Assembly (NCBI GenBank): GCA_046583315.1
Contig: JAYGCN010000177.1
Coordinates: forward strand, 1-42,860
Origin: Candidatus Hydrogenedentota bacterium
Lineage (GTDB): Bacteria > Hydrogenedentota > Hydrogenedentia > Hydrogenedentales > GCA-2746185
DNA: 42,860 nucleotides
Direction of reading: 5' to 3'
Below the pieces are notes generated by a model, which saw only the letters and a list, made by a program, of their open reading frames with translations, was not told the DNA's origin and did no database searches. The translations under genes and the position numbers were made by a program. This document shows, one piece after another, positions 27,427 to 36,386 of the stretch. Every line of letters starts with the position of its first letter. The stretch's first letter is position 1.

Positions 27427-27558
27427 GATGAATTCCTATTGTTATCAGAAATAGTTGATTTGACATCGGTTATAAGTCGATTCCGCTTGCGCTGGTTCCG
27501 AGTTCCCGGTAAGATCAGTACCATACCTGCAAACGGCTGAATTGTTCAACGATTTTTC

Positions 27559-27585
27559 GAACCTTTCAGGCGTTTTAGGGTCTAA
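27559..27585 (+). promoter_or_regulatory. RpoE-type ECF promoter upstream of the ECF sigma gene, probably autoregulatory
   Basis: GAACCT (27559-64), 16 nt spacer, TCTAA (27581-85); matches the RpoE/AlgU-type GAACTT-N16-TCTRA consensus. Confidence 0.65.
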
Positions 27586-27610
27586 GAGTGTGTAATCAAA
27601 CAAGGGCGAG

Positions 27611-28219
27611 GTGAATCACGTGGTTCTGGTGAACGAAGAACGGGATATCGATCAGCTTCTGGTCGAGCAGTGTCAGGGTGGCGATATTGCTGCCTTCGAC
27701 GACCTCGTGTTGCGTTACAAGGATCGCATCTACAACGTTGTGTATCGATTTGTGGGACATCACGAAGATGCGCAGGACGTGGTGCAGGAAGTGTTCATGC
27801 GCGCGTATCGCGGGATTCAGGATTTCCAGGGACGTTCACAAGTCTACACCTGGCTCTACAGTATTGCGAGCAACCTCGCGCGCAACGCCCTGCGTGATGG
27901 GGGGCGCAAGGGTCGCGGTCAGGGCTTGTCGCTGAATCGACTTGAAGAAGATGCGCCTACTATGGCTCAACAAGCCACCCGCGTCGATGCCACGCCGGAT
28001 CGCATTGCCGAGCAACACGAGTTGAATGATGTGTTGCAAGAATGCATTTTGCTGTTACCCGAACACTACCGCATGGTCTTCGTTTTGAGAACCTTTGACC
28101 AACTCAGTTACGACGAGATTGCCGAAGCCCTGGGCTGTCCGAGCGGCACGGTCAAGTCCCGACTGAACCAGGCGCGTGCGCTTCTGCGTGATGCGTTGCG
28201 CGAACGGTCGGTGGTATGA
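27611..28219 (+). CDS. ECF RNA polymerase sigma factor (RpoE/SigW-like)
   Basis: Region 2 DAQDVVQEVF...YTWLYSIASN; region 4 LSYDEIAEALGCPSGTVKSRLNQAR. Confidence 0.93.
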   Translation: MNHVVLVNEERDIDQLLVEQCQGGDIAAFDDLVLRYKDRIYNVVYRFVGHHEDAQDVVQEVFMRAYRGIQDFQGRSQVYTWLYSIASNLARNALRDGGRKGRGQGLSLNRLEEDAPTMAQQATRVDATPDRIAEQHELNDVLQECILLLPEHYRMVFVLRTFDQLSYDEIAEALGCPSGTVKSRLNQARALLRDALRERSVV

Positions 28220-28229
28220 GGATTCAGTC

Positions 28230-29084
28230 ATGAAAGAATATGCAACCTGCGATGAAGTACGCGAAGAATTTTCAGCGTTGTTGGATGGTGAGTTGGCCGT
28301 TGACGAACAGGATGGCGTGGAAGAGCACCTTTCTGGATGCTCGGATTGCCTGCGCGAACTGGACGGCCTAAAACGGGTAACAGATTTGTATGCGGAATTG
28401 CCGACCGTAGACGCGCCGGAGTCGTTCGCGGTCGATCTGGACCTCGAATCTCCTGATAATGTTGTCGATTTGCGACAGTCATCCGCGTCAAGCCCTATCT
28501 CATTTAAGCCGATACTGGCCGCAGTAGCCGTGCTCACGTTGATGGCGAGCGTATCTTTTTTGATTGGCCGTACTGCGCCGAATCAAGGGCGCATGGAACT
28601 TGCGGCGGACACCTCGGCCGAATCTGCGCTATACGATGATATGGATGTGTCGCGATTGCAATCAGAACCGTCCGCAATGGCTCCCGCACCCGAGCCACTC
28701 GCCGACAGGGTAGTCAAGGAAGCGGTGTCAGAGGAAATGTTTGAGGCGAAGGTTGCACAGCCCAAGGGGATGATTGCCGAGATGGAATCGAGAGATGACC
28801 AACTTGTCCCGTCAGCCCCCAAGGCCCAAGCACTCGGCGCAGTCGCTACGGATGTCAATTCCGATCCTGATATCATGCGTTTCACCCTTCAGTCCGACGG
28901 GGCGTGGCATGAGAAAGGGTATACGAATCAGCCGCTGACCGAGTTGAAGCTGGGTGACAAAGCGCTCGTGGATATTTTGGTAGCTCGACCTGAGTTGGCT
29001 AATGTTCTTATTAAGGCGAAGGTGATCGTATTCCAGTTTGAAAATACCTGGTATCGGATCGATCCCGCTCAGGAAGCGAACTAA
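28230..29084 (+). CDS. Zinc-binding (zf-HC2/ZAS) transmembrane anti-sigma factor
   Basis: CDEVREEFSALLDGEL...HLSGCSDC, one TM helix (ILAAVAVLTLMASVSFLI) and a periplasmic C-terminal region; GAGGA RBS before ATG 28230. Confidence 0.88.
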   Translation: MKEYATCDEVREEFSALLDGELAVDEQDGVEEHLSGCSDCLRELDGLKRVTDLYAELPTVDAPESFAVDLDLESPDNVVDLRQSSASSPISFKPILAAVAVLTLMASVSFLIGRTAPNQGRMELAADTSAESALYDDMDVSRLQSEPSAMAPAPEPLADRVVKEAVSEEMFEAKVAQPKGMIAEMESRDDQLVPSAPKAQALGAVATDVNSDPDIMRFTLQSDGAWHEKGYTNQPLTELKLGDKALVDILVARPELANVLIKAKVIVFQFENTWYRIDPAQEAN

Positions 29085-30016
29085 CGCCCTAGCACTTCCA
29101 GGCAGACATCCGGTCGATTCGTGATCAACGCGTCCACACCCATCGCGGCGAGATTCTGCATCTCGCGTTTGCCGTCGACGGTCCAGACAGCCAGGGTCAT
29201 GCCCAATTCGTGAAATTCATCTACTAATTCCTGTGTCACGAGATTCTTGTGGCAGTTGAAGCCTTTCGGCTTAAGCAGTTTTGCCCAGGTCTGGTAATCA
29301 GGCCATTGATCGGGATTGTCATTAATGGATGACGCGAGCAGCTCGGTTCGCATTTCCGGTGCCTCGATGCAGGCGATGGCGCAGACAATCGGGGAGAAGG
29401 ATTGGATGATGATTTCGTTTTCCATGCCGCGATCCCGTACCTGTTGAATGACTTTGCGGGTCAGTTCCAGATTGGGCGTATCGGCCTCTTCAATAATTCT
29501 GAGCACCTTGTCTTGCGCTTCGGGAAGCAGCGAGCCTTCTTTGTTACCCAGAACGAAAAGCAGATCGAGCAGTTCTTTATCGTGGCGGTCGGAATCCTTG
29601 ATCTCGATGTAGACGCCAATCTTGCCCTTGGCCATGTCGAGTGACTCACCCAGCGTGGGCACGGGTTCGCCGGCGAATTTTTCATCGAACCACGTGCCCG
29701 CGTCGGCTTTACCGATCACGTCCGAGGCGGTATTCATCACGCGCCCCCGAATATTGGTCGTGCGATCCAGCGTGTCATCATGAATCACGATCACCTCGCC
29801 GTCCTTGCTCAGCGTGCAATCCAGCTCGAAATAATCCGCCTTCATCGTGTACGCGAGCTCGAACGCGGCGAGGGTGTTCTCTGGTGCGTATTTGCTCGCA
29901 CCCCGGTGTGCAATCACGGTGACTTCGTTCGTTTTCGAATCGGCCATGGTAACTCCTGGAATGATTAGCGCGAGTGCGACGTAGTATCCCGCGAGGGTCC
30001 GTGCGAACAACAGCAT
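29081..30016 (-). CDS. Glycerophosphodiester phosphodiesterase, probably exported
   Basis: IAHRGAS..APENTLAAF, ELDC, IHDDTLDRTT, IEIK, QSF, VWTVD, GVDALITNRP; hydrophobic N-terminus. Confidence 0.93.
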   Translation of the reverse strand: MLLFARTLAGYYVALALIIPGVTMADSKTNEVTVIAHRGASKYAPENTLAAFELAYTMKADYFELDCTLSKDGEVIVIHDDTLDRTTNIRGRVMNTASDVIGKADAGTWFDEKFAGEPVPTLGESLDMAKGKIGVYIEIKDSDRHDKELLDLLFVLGNKEGSLLPEAQDKVLRIIEEADTPNLELTRKVIQQVRDRGMENEIIIQSFSPIVCAIACIEAPEMRTELLASSINDNPDQWPDYQTWAKLLKPKGFNCHKNLVTQELVDEFHELGMTLAVWTVDGKREMQNLAAMGVDALITNRPDVCLEVLGR

Positions 30017-30127
30017 GATGAATTCCTTTGCAACAGTCAGTGGTATCCTTGGAAGTCCATAAGGTAGTATGTCTAATTATTATCGCTAGAGTATAGCCAA
30101 AAACAGCAAGAAATAGAAGGATTCAGC

Positions 30128-31420
30128 ATGCGCAATACAGTCATTTGGTCGTTAATCACGGTATGGGCGTTTTCGATGCCTGCCATGAGTCTGGAACGGG
30201 ATGATCGCGGTGATCGCTTAGGGGTCGTGAAGGGTCGACTGTTCGAGGACGACTCGCCAACAGGTCTCAACGCCATCATGCTCAGGCGCGTGTGTCGAGC
30301 AGACATTACCGATGGCGAGATTGTGCGGGCATTCGCGACCGTCGCCGAAGTCGGAGCTACAGCTCTGGGATTCGATCTGGAGGGATTCAGTACGGACGGC
30401 GCGACGCTCAACGCGGGCAATCTGGATACCTTTCAACGCCTCAAGGACGATGCGGATTATAGTTGGACGATGTTGTTGTGTCGCGTGCTGGGGACCTTCG
30501 ACAATCCGAATCACGAAGCGCGCTTGAGAGCGGTGAAAACAGCGGCCCAAAACCTTAAGGGGTCGACGCGGGTGCTGTATTGGATTGACGGACCGAAAAG
30601 TGGGGAGTTGGCGGCCGCATTTAAGCAGGTCGCCCCGACGTTGACTGTCGCTTCTGCACGGGGCGGGGATATTGATGCGGTATTGTACGAGCATTCCATC
30701 ATTCCCAATCGACCGGCCTTGGTCGTTGGACATCTCCCGGACAAAACGAACAGCCATGTGCTGTCGGTCGTGGAAGGTACGTTTGAGAATCTCGCCGCCT
30801 ACGACGCGATGAATGCCGAGGTGCTGGAACATGAAGAATGGACGCCGACGGCGGAAGGATTGAGTCAGGAGGAGATCGACGACGGTTTCTACACCTTGTT
30901 TCATCAATCCGACATGAGCAATTGGACGGTGACGGGTCGCAAGAACGGATTCGCGGAACATTATGGCGGCATTTCGTGGGTACGACGCGGTGGTGATCGT
31001 GTGGTCACGCGAAAACGATACGGCAACTTTACTTTGCGCCTAGAATGGCGCGTGTATCACCACGGGGCGAATAGTGGCGTGTTCATTCGTGCGCCCCGAG
31101 CCAATCGCGAGTCGGCGTTGGGCATGGAGATTCAGATCTTCGGCGATCCAGGGGAAGAACCGAATGAGAATTCTTCGGGTGCTGTGTACGATGTGCTTCC
31201 GGCCTTGAGCAACCCTTCCAATCCCATTGGACAGTGGAACCAGTATGAAATTAGCGCGGACGGTCCGCACTTGCAAGTGAAGATGAACGGCGTGGTCGTG
31301 CAGGATGTCAATCTGGACGAAGACGAAATCCTGCAACATCGATTGCGTTCGGGCTTCATTAAATTGCAAGACCACGGCAATCGCGTTACCTTTCGACACA
31401 TTCGCATTAAAGAGTTGTAA
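30128..31420 (+). CDS. Secreted two-domain protein with C-terminal DUF1080 (3-keto-disaccharide hydrolase-like) domain
   Basis: Signal peptide; C-terminal [53 protein letters not shown]. The N-terminal ~230 aa are unassigned. Confidence 0.82.
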   Translation: MRNTVIWSLITVWAFSMPAMSLERDDRGDRLGVVKGRLFEDDSPTGLNAIMLRRVCRADITDGEIVRAFATVAEVGATALGFDLEGFSTDGATLNAGNLDTFQRLKDDADYSWTMLLCRVLGTFDNPNHEARLRAVKTAAQNLKGSTRVLYWIDGPKSGELAAAFKQVAPTLTVASARGGDIDAVLYEHSIIPNRPALVVGHLPDKTNSHVLSVVEGTFENLAAYDAMNAEVLEHEEWTPTAEGLSQEEIDDGFYTLFHQSDMSNWTVTGRKNGFAEHYGGISWVRRGGDRVVTRKRYGNFTLRLEWRVYHHGANSGVFIRAPRANRESALGMEIQIFGDPGEEPNENSSGAVYDVLPALSNPSNPIGQWNQYEISADGPHLQVKMNGVVVQDVNLDEDEILQHRLRSGFIKLQDHGNRVTFRHIRIKEL

Positions 31421-31437
31421 AACTGAGGAGAAACCTG

Positions 31438-32565
31438 ATGGGCCCTTTGGCTGGAGTAAAAATTGTTGAGATTGCCGGAATCGGTCCGGGTCCGTTCTGC
31501 GCCATGATGCTGGCCGATCTGGGTGCTGAAATCGTTCGAGTGGATCGCAAGAGTTCCGAGGGTGAAGGCGCACCGCACAATGTGCTGAATCGGAATCGGA
31601 AATCGATTGCTGTGGATCTGAAACATCCCGAGGGCATCGAAACCGTACTGCGACTCGTCGAAGGCGCAGATGCCTTGATCGAAGGATTCCGGCCGGGTGT
31701 GATGGAACGACTCGGTCTCGGTCCGGATGTGTGTCTGGAGCGTAACCCGAAACTTATTTTTGGACGCATGACCGGTTGGGGGCAGGACGGTCCGATGGCC
31801 CATGCGGCGGGGCATGATATTAACTACATTTCGTTGAGCGGCGCGTTGCATGCCATCGGTCGTGCGGGTGAGAACCCTGTGCCTCCACTGAATCTGGTTG
31901 GCGACTTTGGTGGCGGCGGTATGATGCTTGCCTTGGGTGTCGTGTCGGGATTGCTCGAAGCGTCGAAGTCTGGCAAGGGTCAAGTCGTGGATGCCGCGAT
32001 GACGGACGGGTCGGCAGCCTTGATGGGAATCATTTTTGGACTCAAGGGTGCTGGCGTGTGGACGAACAACAAGGGCGAGAACATGCTCGATGGTGGCGCG
32101 CATTTTTATGACTCGTATGCATGCTCAGACGGCAAGTGGATCTCCATCGGTTCCATCGAACCTCAGTTCTACGCGCTCCTGCTGGAAAAGACCGGAATCA
32201 CCGACCCGGATTTCCAGAATCAACATGACAAGAGTTACTGGCCGGGCTTGAAAGAAAAATTGGCCAAGGTATTCCTCACGAAAACCCGTGACGAATGGTG
32301 CGAGATCATGGAAGGCAGCGATGTTTGTTTTGCGCCGATACTTGATTTTGATGAGGCGCCGGAACATCCCCACAACAAGGCACGCGGAACGTTTATTGAA
32401 GTCGACGGGGTCATGCAGCATGCTCCGACGCCTCGTTTCAGTCGCACCGAGAACGCCACCCCGACGGGTCCTCCGAAGGCTGGCGAGCATACGGACGAAA
32501 TCCTGTCCGCGTGGGGATTCAGCGATGACGAGGTCAGTCGCCTGCATAACTCAGGTGCCGTGTAG
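31438..32565 (+). CDS. CaiB/BaiF family III CoA-transferase, alpha-methylacyl-CoA racemase-like
   Basis: [59 protein letters not shown]. Confidence 0.92.
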   Translation: MGPLAGVKIVEIAGIGPGPFCAMMLADLGAEIVRVDRKSSEGEGAPHNVLNRNRKSIAVDLKHPEGIETVLRLVEGADALIEGFRPGVMERLGLGPDVCLERNPKLIFGRMTGWGQDGPMAHAAGHDINYISLSGALHAIGRAGENPVPPLNLVGDFGGGGMMLALGVVSGLLEASKSGKGQVVDAAMTDGSAALMGIIFGLKGAGVWTNNKGENMLDGGAHFYDSYACSDGKWISIGSIEPQFYALLLEKTGITDPDFQNQHDKSYWPGLKEKLAKVFLTKTRDEWCEIMEGSDVCFAPILDFDEAPEHPHNKARGTFIEVDGVMQHAPTPRFSRTENATPTGPPKAGEHTDEILSAWGFSDDEVSRLHNSGAV

Positions 32566-32665
32566 GCCCGTAAGTACTGCATTTGGCTATATTTACGGAT
32601 ATTCGGTCGATTCCATCCAAAAAACATCGATCACTTTCAATCTCAGGCGTCATAACGTAGTATAG

Positions 32666-33310
32666 ATGACAGGCGTGGCGAGCATGAAGGGACCCTCGAT
32701 GCACCAGGCAGATAGCGAATCGCAAAACGTACGGGACGAGGACCTCCACTTGATGCTGTTGTCCTCACGCGATGACGAAGCCGCCTTTGGCACCCTGTAT
32801 GAGCGTTATCACGGTCGTGTGCATCAGTTTATTTTTGGACTGACCCGTGATCGAAGCGTGGCATCCGACTTGTCACAGGAAACCTTTCTGCGTATCTGGA
32901 AATTTCGACATCGTTACGCACAGACCGGGAGCTTCCTGTCCTATCTCTTTGGATTCGCGCGCAACGTGTGGCTTGAGCATTGTCGCGCACGCAAGAAACA
33001 GTTTTCGCTGGAATTGCGAAACTCGACTCCGCGCGAGTTAGGGCGCTTCATGGGCATGACTCAGCCTGAGCCGGACGCGATGGCGGGACGCGCAGAAATT
33101 CATGGACACATCTTTGACGCGCTCGAATTGTTGCCCGAGGAGCAGCGGATGGTGTTCGTGTTGCGCAGTGTCGAGGGATTGACCTTCGATGAAGTTGCTT
33201 CCGTGATGCAATGTCCGGTGAACACGGTTCGCTCTCGGCAAATCACCGCGCTCAAGAAATTGCGTAGAACCCTGATTCGCACCTACGGAAGCGAGGTGTT
33301 CTTGCCATGA
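32666..33310 (+). CDS. ECF RNA polymerase sigma factor heading the type IV filament operon
   Basis: AFGTLYERY, DLSQETFLRIW, region 4 LTFDEVASVMQCPVNTVRSR. Exact start uncertain (32666, 32684 or 32699). Confidence 0.9.
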   Translation: MTGVASMKGPSMHQADSESQNVRDEDLHLMLLSSRDDEAAFGTLYERYHGRVHQFIFGLTRDRSVASDLSQETFLRIWKFRHRYAQTGSFLSYLFGFARNVWLEHCRARKKQFSLELRNSTPRELGRFMGMTQPEPDAMAGRAEIHGHIFDALELLPEEQRMVFVLRSVEGLTFDEVASVMQCPVNTVRSRQITALKKLRRTLIRTYGSEVFLP

Positions 33311-33759
33311 ATTGCCGTCAAGTCCATGAAAAAATCGAAAAATACTACGAAGGGGTATTGCCCGTTGCCGACGAGTTGGGTGTCGACATTCATCTGGTTC
33401 AATGCCCGGTATGCAACGACGAGTTGGGTGGGGTGACCAACATGGTGGGTGCCTGCAATGAAGCCTTTGACGACGAAGCCGGCTATCGCGACTTGCTTGG
33501 GTTACGCGTCGGCATGGACAGCATGGCGCGTCAGGTCGCCGAACAGGAAAAACGGCGCGACGGGTTCAACCGGAAAGACATGTTCATGCACGTGATGCTC
33601 GCCTGCGTTGCGATTCCCGCCATCTGGTTTATGGGCGCGAAAGCCACGCAGACCTATTCTGCGGTTTCCGATCTCGTGCCCGATGAAGTGATTGTACAGA
33701 CCGAAGACGCGAAACTTTCCCCCCGGATAACACGTGATGCGGCCGATTTGGCTTGGTAG
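33307..33759 (+). CDS. Small zf-HC2/ZAS anti-sigma factor with one TM helix
   Basis: MNC...HLVQCPVC; TM segment MFMHVMLACVAIPAIWFMG; ATGA overlap with the sigma gene; GAGG RBS. Confidence 0.82.
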   Translation: MNCRQVHEKIEKYYEGVLPVADELGVDIHLVQCPVCNDELGGVTNMVGACNEAFDDEAGYRDLLGLRVGMDSMARQVAEQEKRRDGFNRKDMFMHVMLACVAIPAIWFMGAKATQTYSAVSDLVPDEVIVQTEDAKLSPRITRDAADLAW

Positions 33760-33804
33760 TTTTCTTGGCATCTGATCGGCTGATTAACCACTGAAGGAAT
33801 TCTT

Positions 33805-35028
33805 ATGGCTCGAAAACTGTATCGATACCGCGCGGTGGACCAGTTTGGCGAACCGATGAACGGTGTCATGGAAGAGGAGTCTGCCGAGCAGGTGACGACT
33901 ATCCTCGTTGAGCGGGGCCTTCAGGTAAACGATGTTCAGCCGGACAAGCCGGAGTCGTTCCAGCGCGCCAAGGGACGGCCACTGACGTGGAATGAGGTAG
34001 CGCAATTTAACGAGCATCTCGTGTCCATCACACGCGCGAAACTGCCGTTGGCACCGTCGCTCAAAGCCATCGCGCATGATCTCGATAGTGGCAGACTTCG
34101 CAACGCCGTGCTGCAAGTGCAAAAGCAACTTGAAGGCGGCTCCTCCTTGGAAGATGCGATAGAAAAATTCGGGGACGGATTTCCCCCGGTCTACCGAAGC
34201 ATGATTCGCGCGGGAGAACGCACGGGCAATTTGTCTGGCGTTCTCGACATGATGAATCGCCACTCCAATCGGATGCTGGATCTCAAGGCGCAGCTGGCCG
34301 TTGTGCTGTCGTATCCGATAATCGTGTCATCCATGGCCTTGTTCGTCGTTCTTTACCTGCTTATCAAGATCGTTCCAGTGTTCGAGGAAATTTTTGGGGA
34401 ATTTGGTGCAGGACTTCCCGCGCCGACTCAATTTTTGGTGTCGCTCAGCCATCTGATTTTGGATCGACAGGAACTGGTGTTGACGGTCGTCGGCTTTACT
34501 GTATCGGCATTAATCGTCATCTATATTTACTTGAAACGAAGTCGGAACGGCCAGGTGATCCTTGACCAATTCTTGATGCACGTGCCGTTCATTGGCCCTA
34601 TGTTTCGCCTGAGTTCGCTTTCCCGATTCGCGCAATCGCTTGGCCTCATGTTGCAAAGCCAGGTTCCGATTCTGGAGAGTCTCGATCTGGCAGCGACATC
34701 TTCGGGCAACGCGCTGTTGAAACGGCACGTTGATGAAGCCGCGATCCATATCGCTCAGGGCGAAAAAATGGCCGATGCCTTGTCAGACACCGGCTATTTC
34801 CCTCATGGCTTCTGCTGGTTTCTGGCCAATGGTGAAAATTACGGCGAACTGCCCAAGACGCTGCTGGACGTGAGTGAATCCTACGAACAGAGTATCGCTA
34901 CGCAGGACCGCGTGACTCTGAACCTGCTTGGCCCCATTATTGTGCTCGTCCTTGGCGCCGTTATCGGATACATCGTGATTGCGCTTTATCTGCCGATTTT
35001 TACGCTCGGCGATGCGATGGGGAGCTAG
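33805..35028 (+). CDS. Type II secretion / type IV pilus platform protein (GspF/PilC family)
   Basis: YRYRAVDQFG..G, FPPVYRSMIRAGERTGNL, YP..V, LPAPTQ, second repeat GEKMADAL...GENYGEL, ALYLPIF. Confidence 0.92.
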   Translation: MARKLYRYRAVDQFGEPMNGVMEEESAEQVTTILVERGLQVNDVQPDKPESFQRAKGRPLTWNEVAQFNEHLVSITRAKLPLAPSLKAIAHDLDSGRLRNAVLQVQKQLEGGSSLEDAIEKFGDGFPPVYRSMIRAGERTGNLSGVLDMMNRHSNRMLDLKAQLAVVLSYPIIVSSMALFVVLYLLIKIVPVFEEIFGEFGAGLPAPTQFLVSLSHLILDRQELVLTVVGFTVSALIVIYIYLKRSRNGQVILDQFLMHVPFIGPMFRLSSLSRFAQSLGLMLQSQVPILESLDLAATSSGNALLKRHVDEAAIHIAQGEKMADALSDTGYFPHGFCWFLANGENYGELPKTLLDVSESYEQSIATQDRVTLNLLGPIIVLVLGAVIGYIVIALYLPIFTLGDAMGS

Positions 35029-35034
35029 CGAGAC

Positions 35035-36372
35035 GTGGGAAGACTAACGCAGATACTGAATACCGAGCTCACGCCGCGCCGAAAGAAGAAGCGCAGGGGT
35101 TCAAGCGCTTGGCTTCAAATAGACTACCTCAAGCTTCTCATGTTGCTCACCGGTCCGGTTGGCATCGTTTATTACTTGACTGCGTACCGCCGCGTGAAGC
35201 TGAAACGAACGCTCACCGTTTTCCTTCAGATTCGCATGATCGTGCAGAATAACGCGCCGTTGCCTGAGGGGTTGACCATGTTGGCTCTGGATGCACCCTC
35301 CTCGTTTCTGGCGAGCGTGTTGTTGAGCCTCAGTCGCGAAATGGAGCAAGGCGTAACGCTGGCCGATGCCATGAAATCGTATCCCTCGGTATTTCCAAAA
35401 CCGATTGTCGCGCAGGTGCGAATGGGGGAAGAGACCGGGCAACTCGTGAAGTGTATGGGCGACATTGTGGAGCAGTTGCGCAATCAAGAGGGTAACTCCC
35501 AGTCGATGCGCTGGCAGTACATGTACATTTTTATCGTGTTATCGGCTCAGGTGTCGATAGGATCTTTTCTTTGGGTAAAGGTGTTTCCCGTGTTCCGTGA
35601 AATTCTGGGCGAATTCGGACTTGAGGAACCGGGATGGTATGCCGTATTCAGTTTCGTGGGGGACGGAAATACAGGTGTCCGAACAGTAGGCGCGGTAGAA
35701 AAGAACGCCAGCCTCCCAACAGCTGGTCTTGTAGAACAGAGCAGCGGCGCTCCAAAACCCGGTGTCGAAGAATCGCTTGGCTATAATTCCGGAGTCGTAT
35801 CGGATTCTTCACCGACGATCCTCATCGCCGTCGCGATCGCAATCGTTTTGCAAATTGTCATTCTTTACTGGTGGAACCGATCGGTTCGAGGCATCATTCA
35901 ACGTGGCATGTACACCCTGCCGATACTCGGGCGCTTGATGCGGCTTCGTCAACAACTGACTATCGCGCAAGCCATGGAGACTCTTGTACACGCAGGCGTT
36001 CCGATCCACGAGGTGCTTAAGCGCGTTTCCACCTTAGGCTTGGGAGAACCCTACCGTGCCGCCATTCTTCGCGTCGCCGATCGACTTAAGTCGGGGCAGT
36101 CGCTGTCCGATGCCTGGACACCTTCGGGCGGACTGTTCACGAAGGAGTTTGTCACAGTTCTGTCCTTTGGGGAATACGCCGGCACACTTCCCAAGGCCTG
36201 CACGCACCTCAAAGAGTCGCTGAGTCGCTCGGTGCGCACACGCCACGCCATCCTGGTTGACGCGATGATACCCATGTACGTAGCGGTCGCAGGATTCGTG
36301 AACTTGGTGATTCTCAGTACCGCGTATTCCATGTTGATCGGCTTGTCCGAAGCCATGTTGTTTGCCCTATAG
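35035..36372 (+). CDS. Second, divergent GspF/PilC family protein
   Basis: Two T2SSF-like repeats (GVTLADAM...GEETGQL; GQSLSDA...GEYAGTL) and KVFPVFREI; carries an extra N-terminal hydrophobic segment and a low-complexity insert. Confidence 0.82.
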   Translation: MGRLTQILNTELTPRRKKKRRGSSAWLQIDYLKLLMLLTGPVGIVYYLTAYRRVKLKRTLTVFLQIRMIVQNNAPLPEGLTMLALDAPSSFLASVLLSLSREMEQGVTLADAMKSYPSVFPKPIVAQVRMGEETGQLVKCMGDIVEQLRNQEGNSQSMRWQYMYIFIVLSAQVSIGSFLWVKVFPVFREILGEFGLEEPGWYAVFSFVGDGNTGVRTVGAVEKNASLPTAGLVEQSSGAPKPGVEESLGYNSGVVSDSSPTILIAVAIAIVLQIVILYWWNRSVRGIIQRGMYTLPILGRLMRLRQQLTIAQAMETLVHAGVPIHEVLKRVSTLGLGEPYRAAILRVADRLKSGQSLSDAWTPSGGLFTKEFVTVLSFGEYAGTLPKACTHLKESLSRSVRTRHAILVDAMIPMYVAVAGFVNLVILSTAYSMLIGLSEAMLFAL

Positions 36373-36386
36373 AGAAAGAGACGCTT

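Noticed and set aside
27423..27437. Identical 15-mer GCATGATGAATTCCT here and at 30013-30027
   Set aside because: On the minus strand it is simply RBS + spacer + ATG (AGGAATTCATCATGC) for two genes, best explained by convergent translation signals.
32620..32660. Autoregulatory promoter for the second ECF (GATCAC...CGTCATA)
   Set aside because: A CGTC -10-like element is present, but I could not pair it with a convincing -35 at canonical spacing. It needs comparative data.
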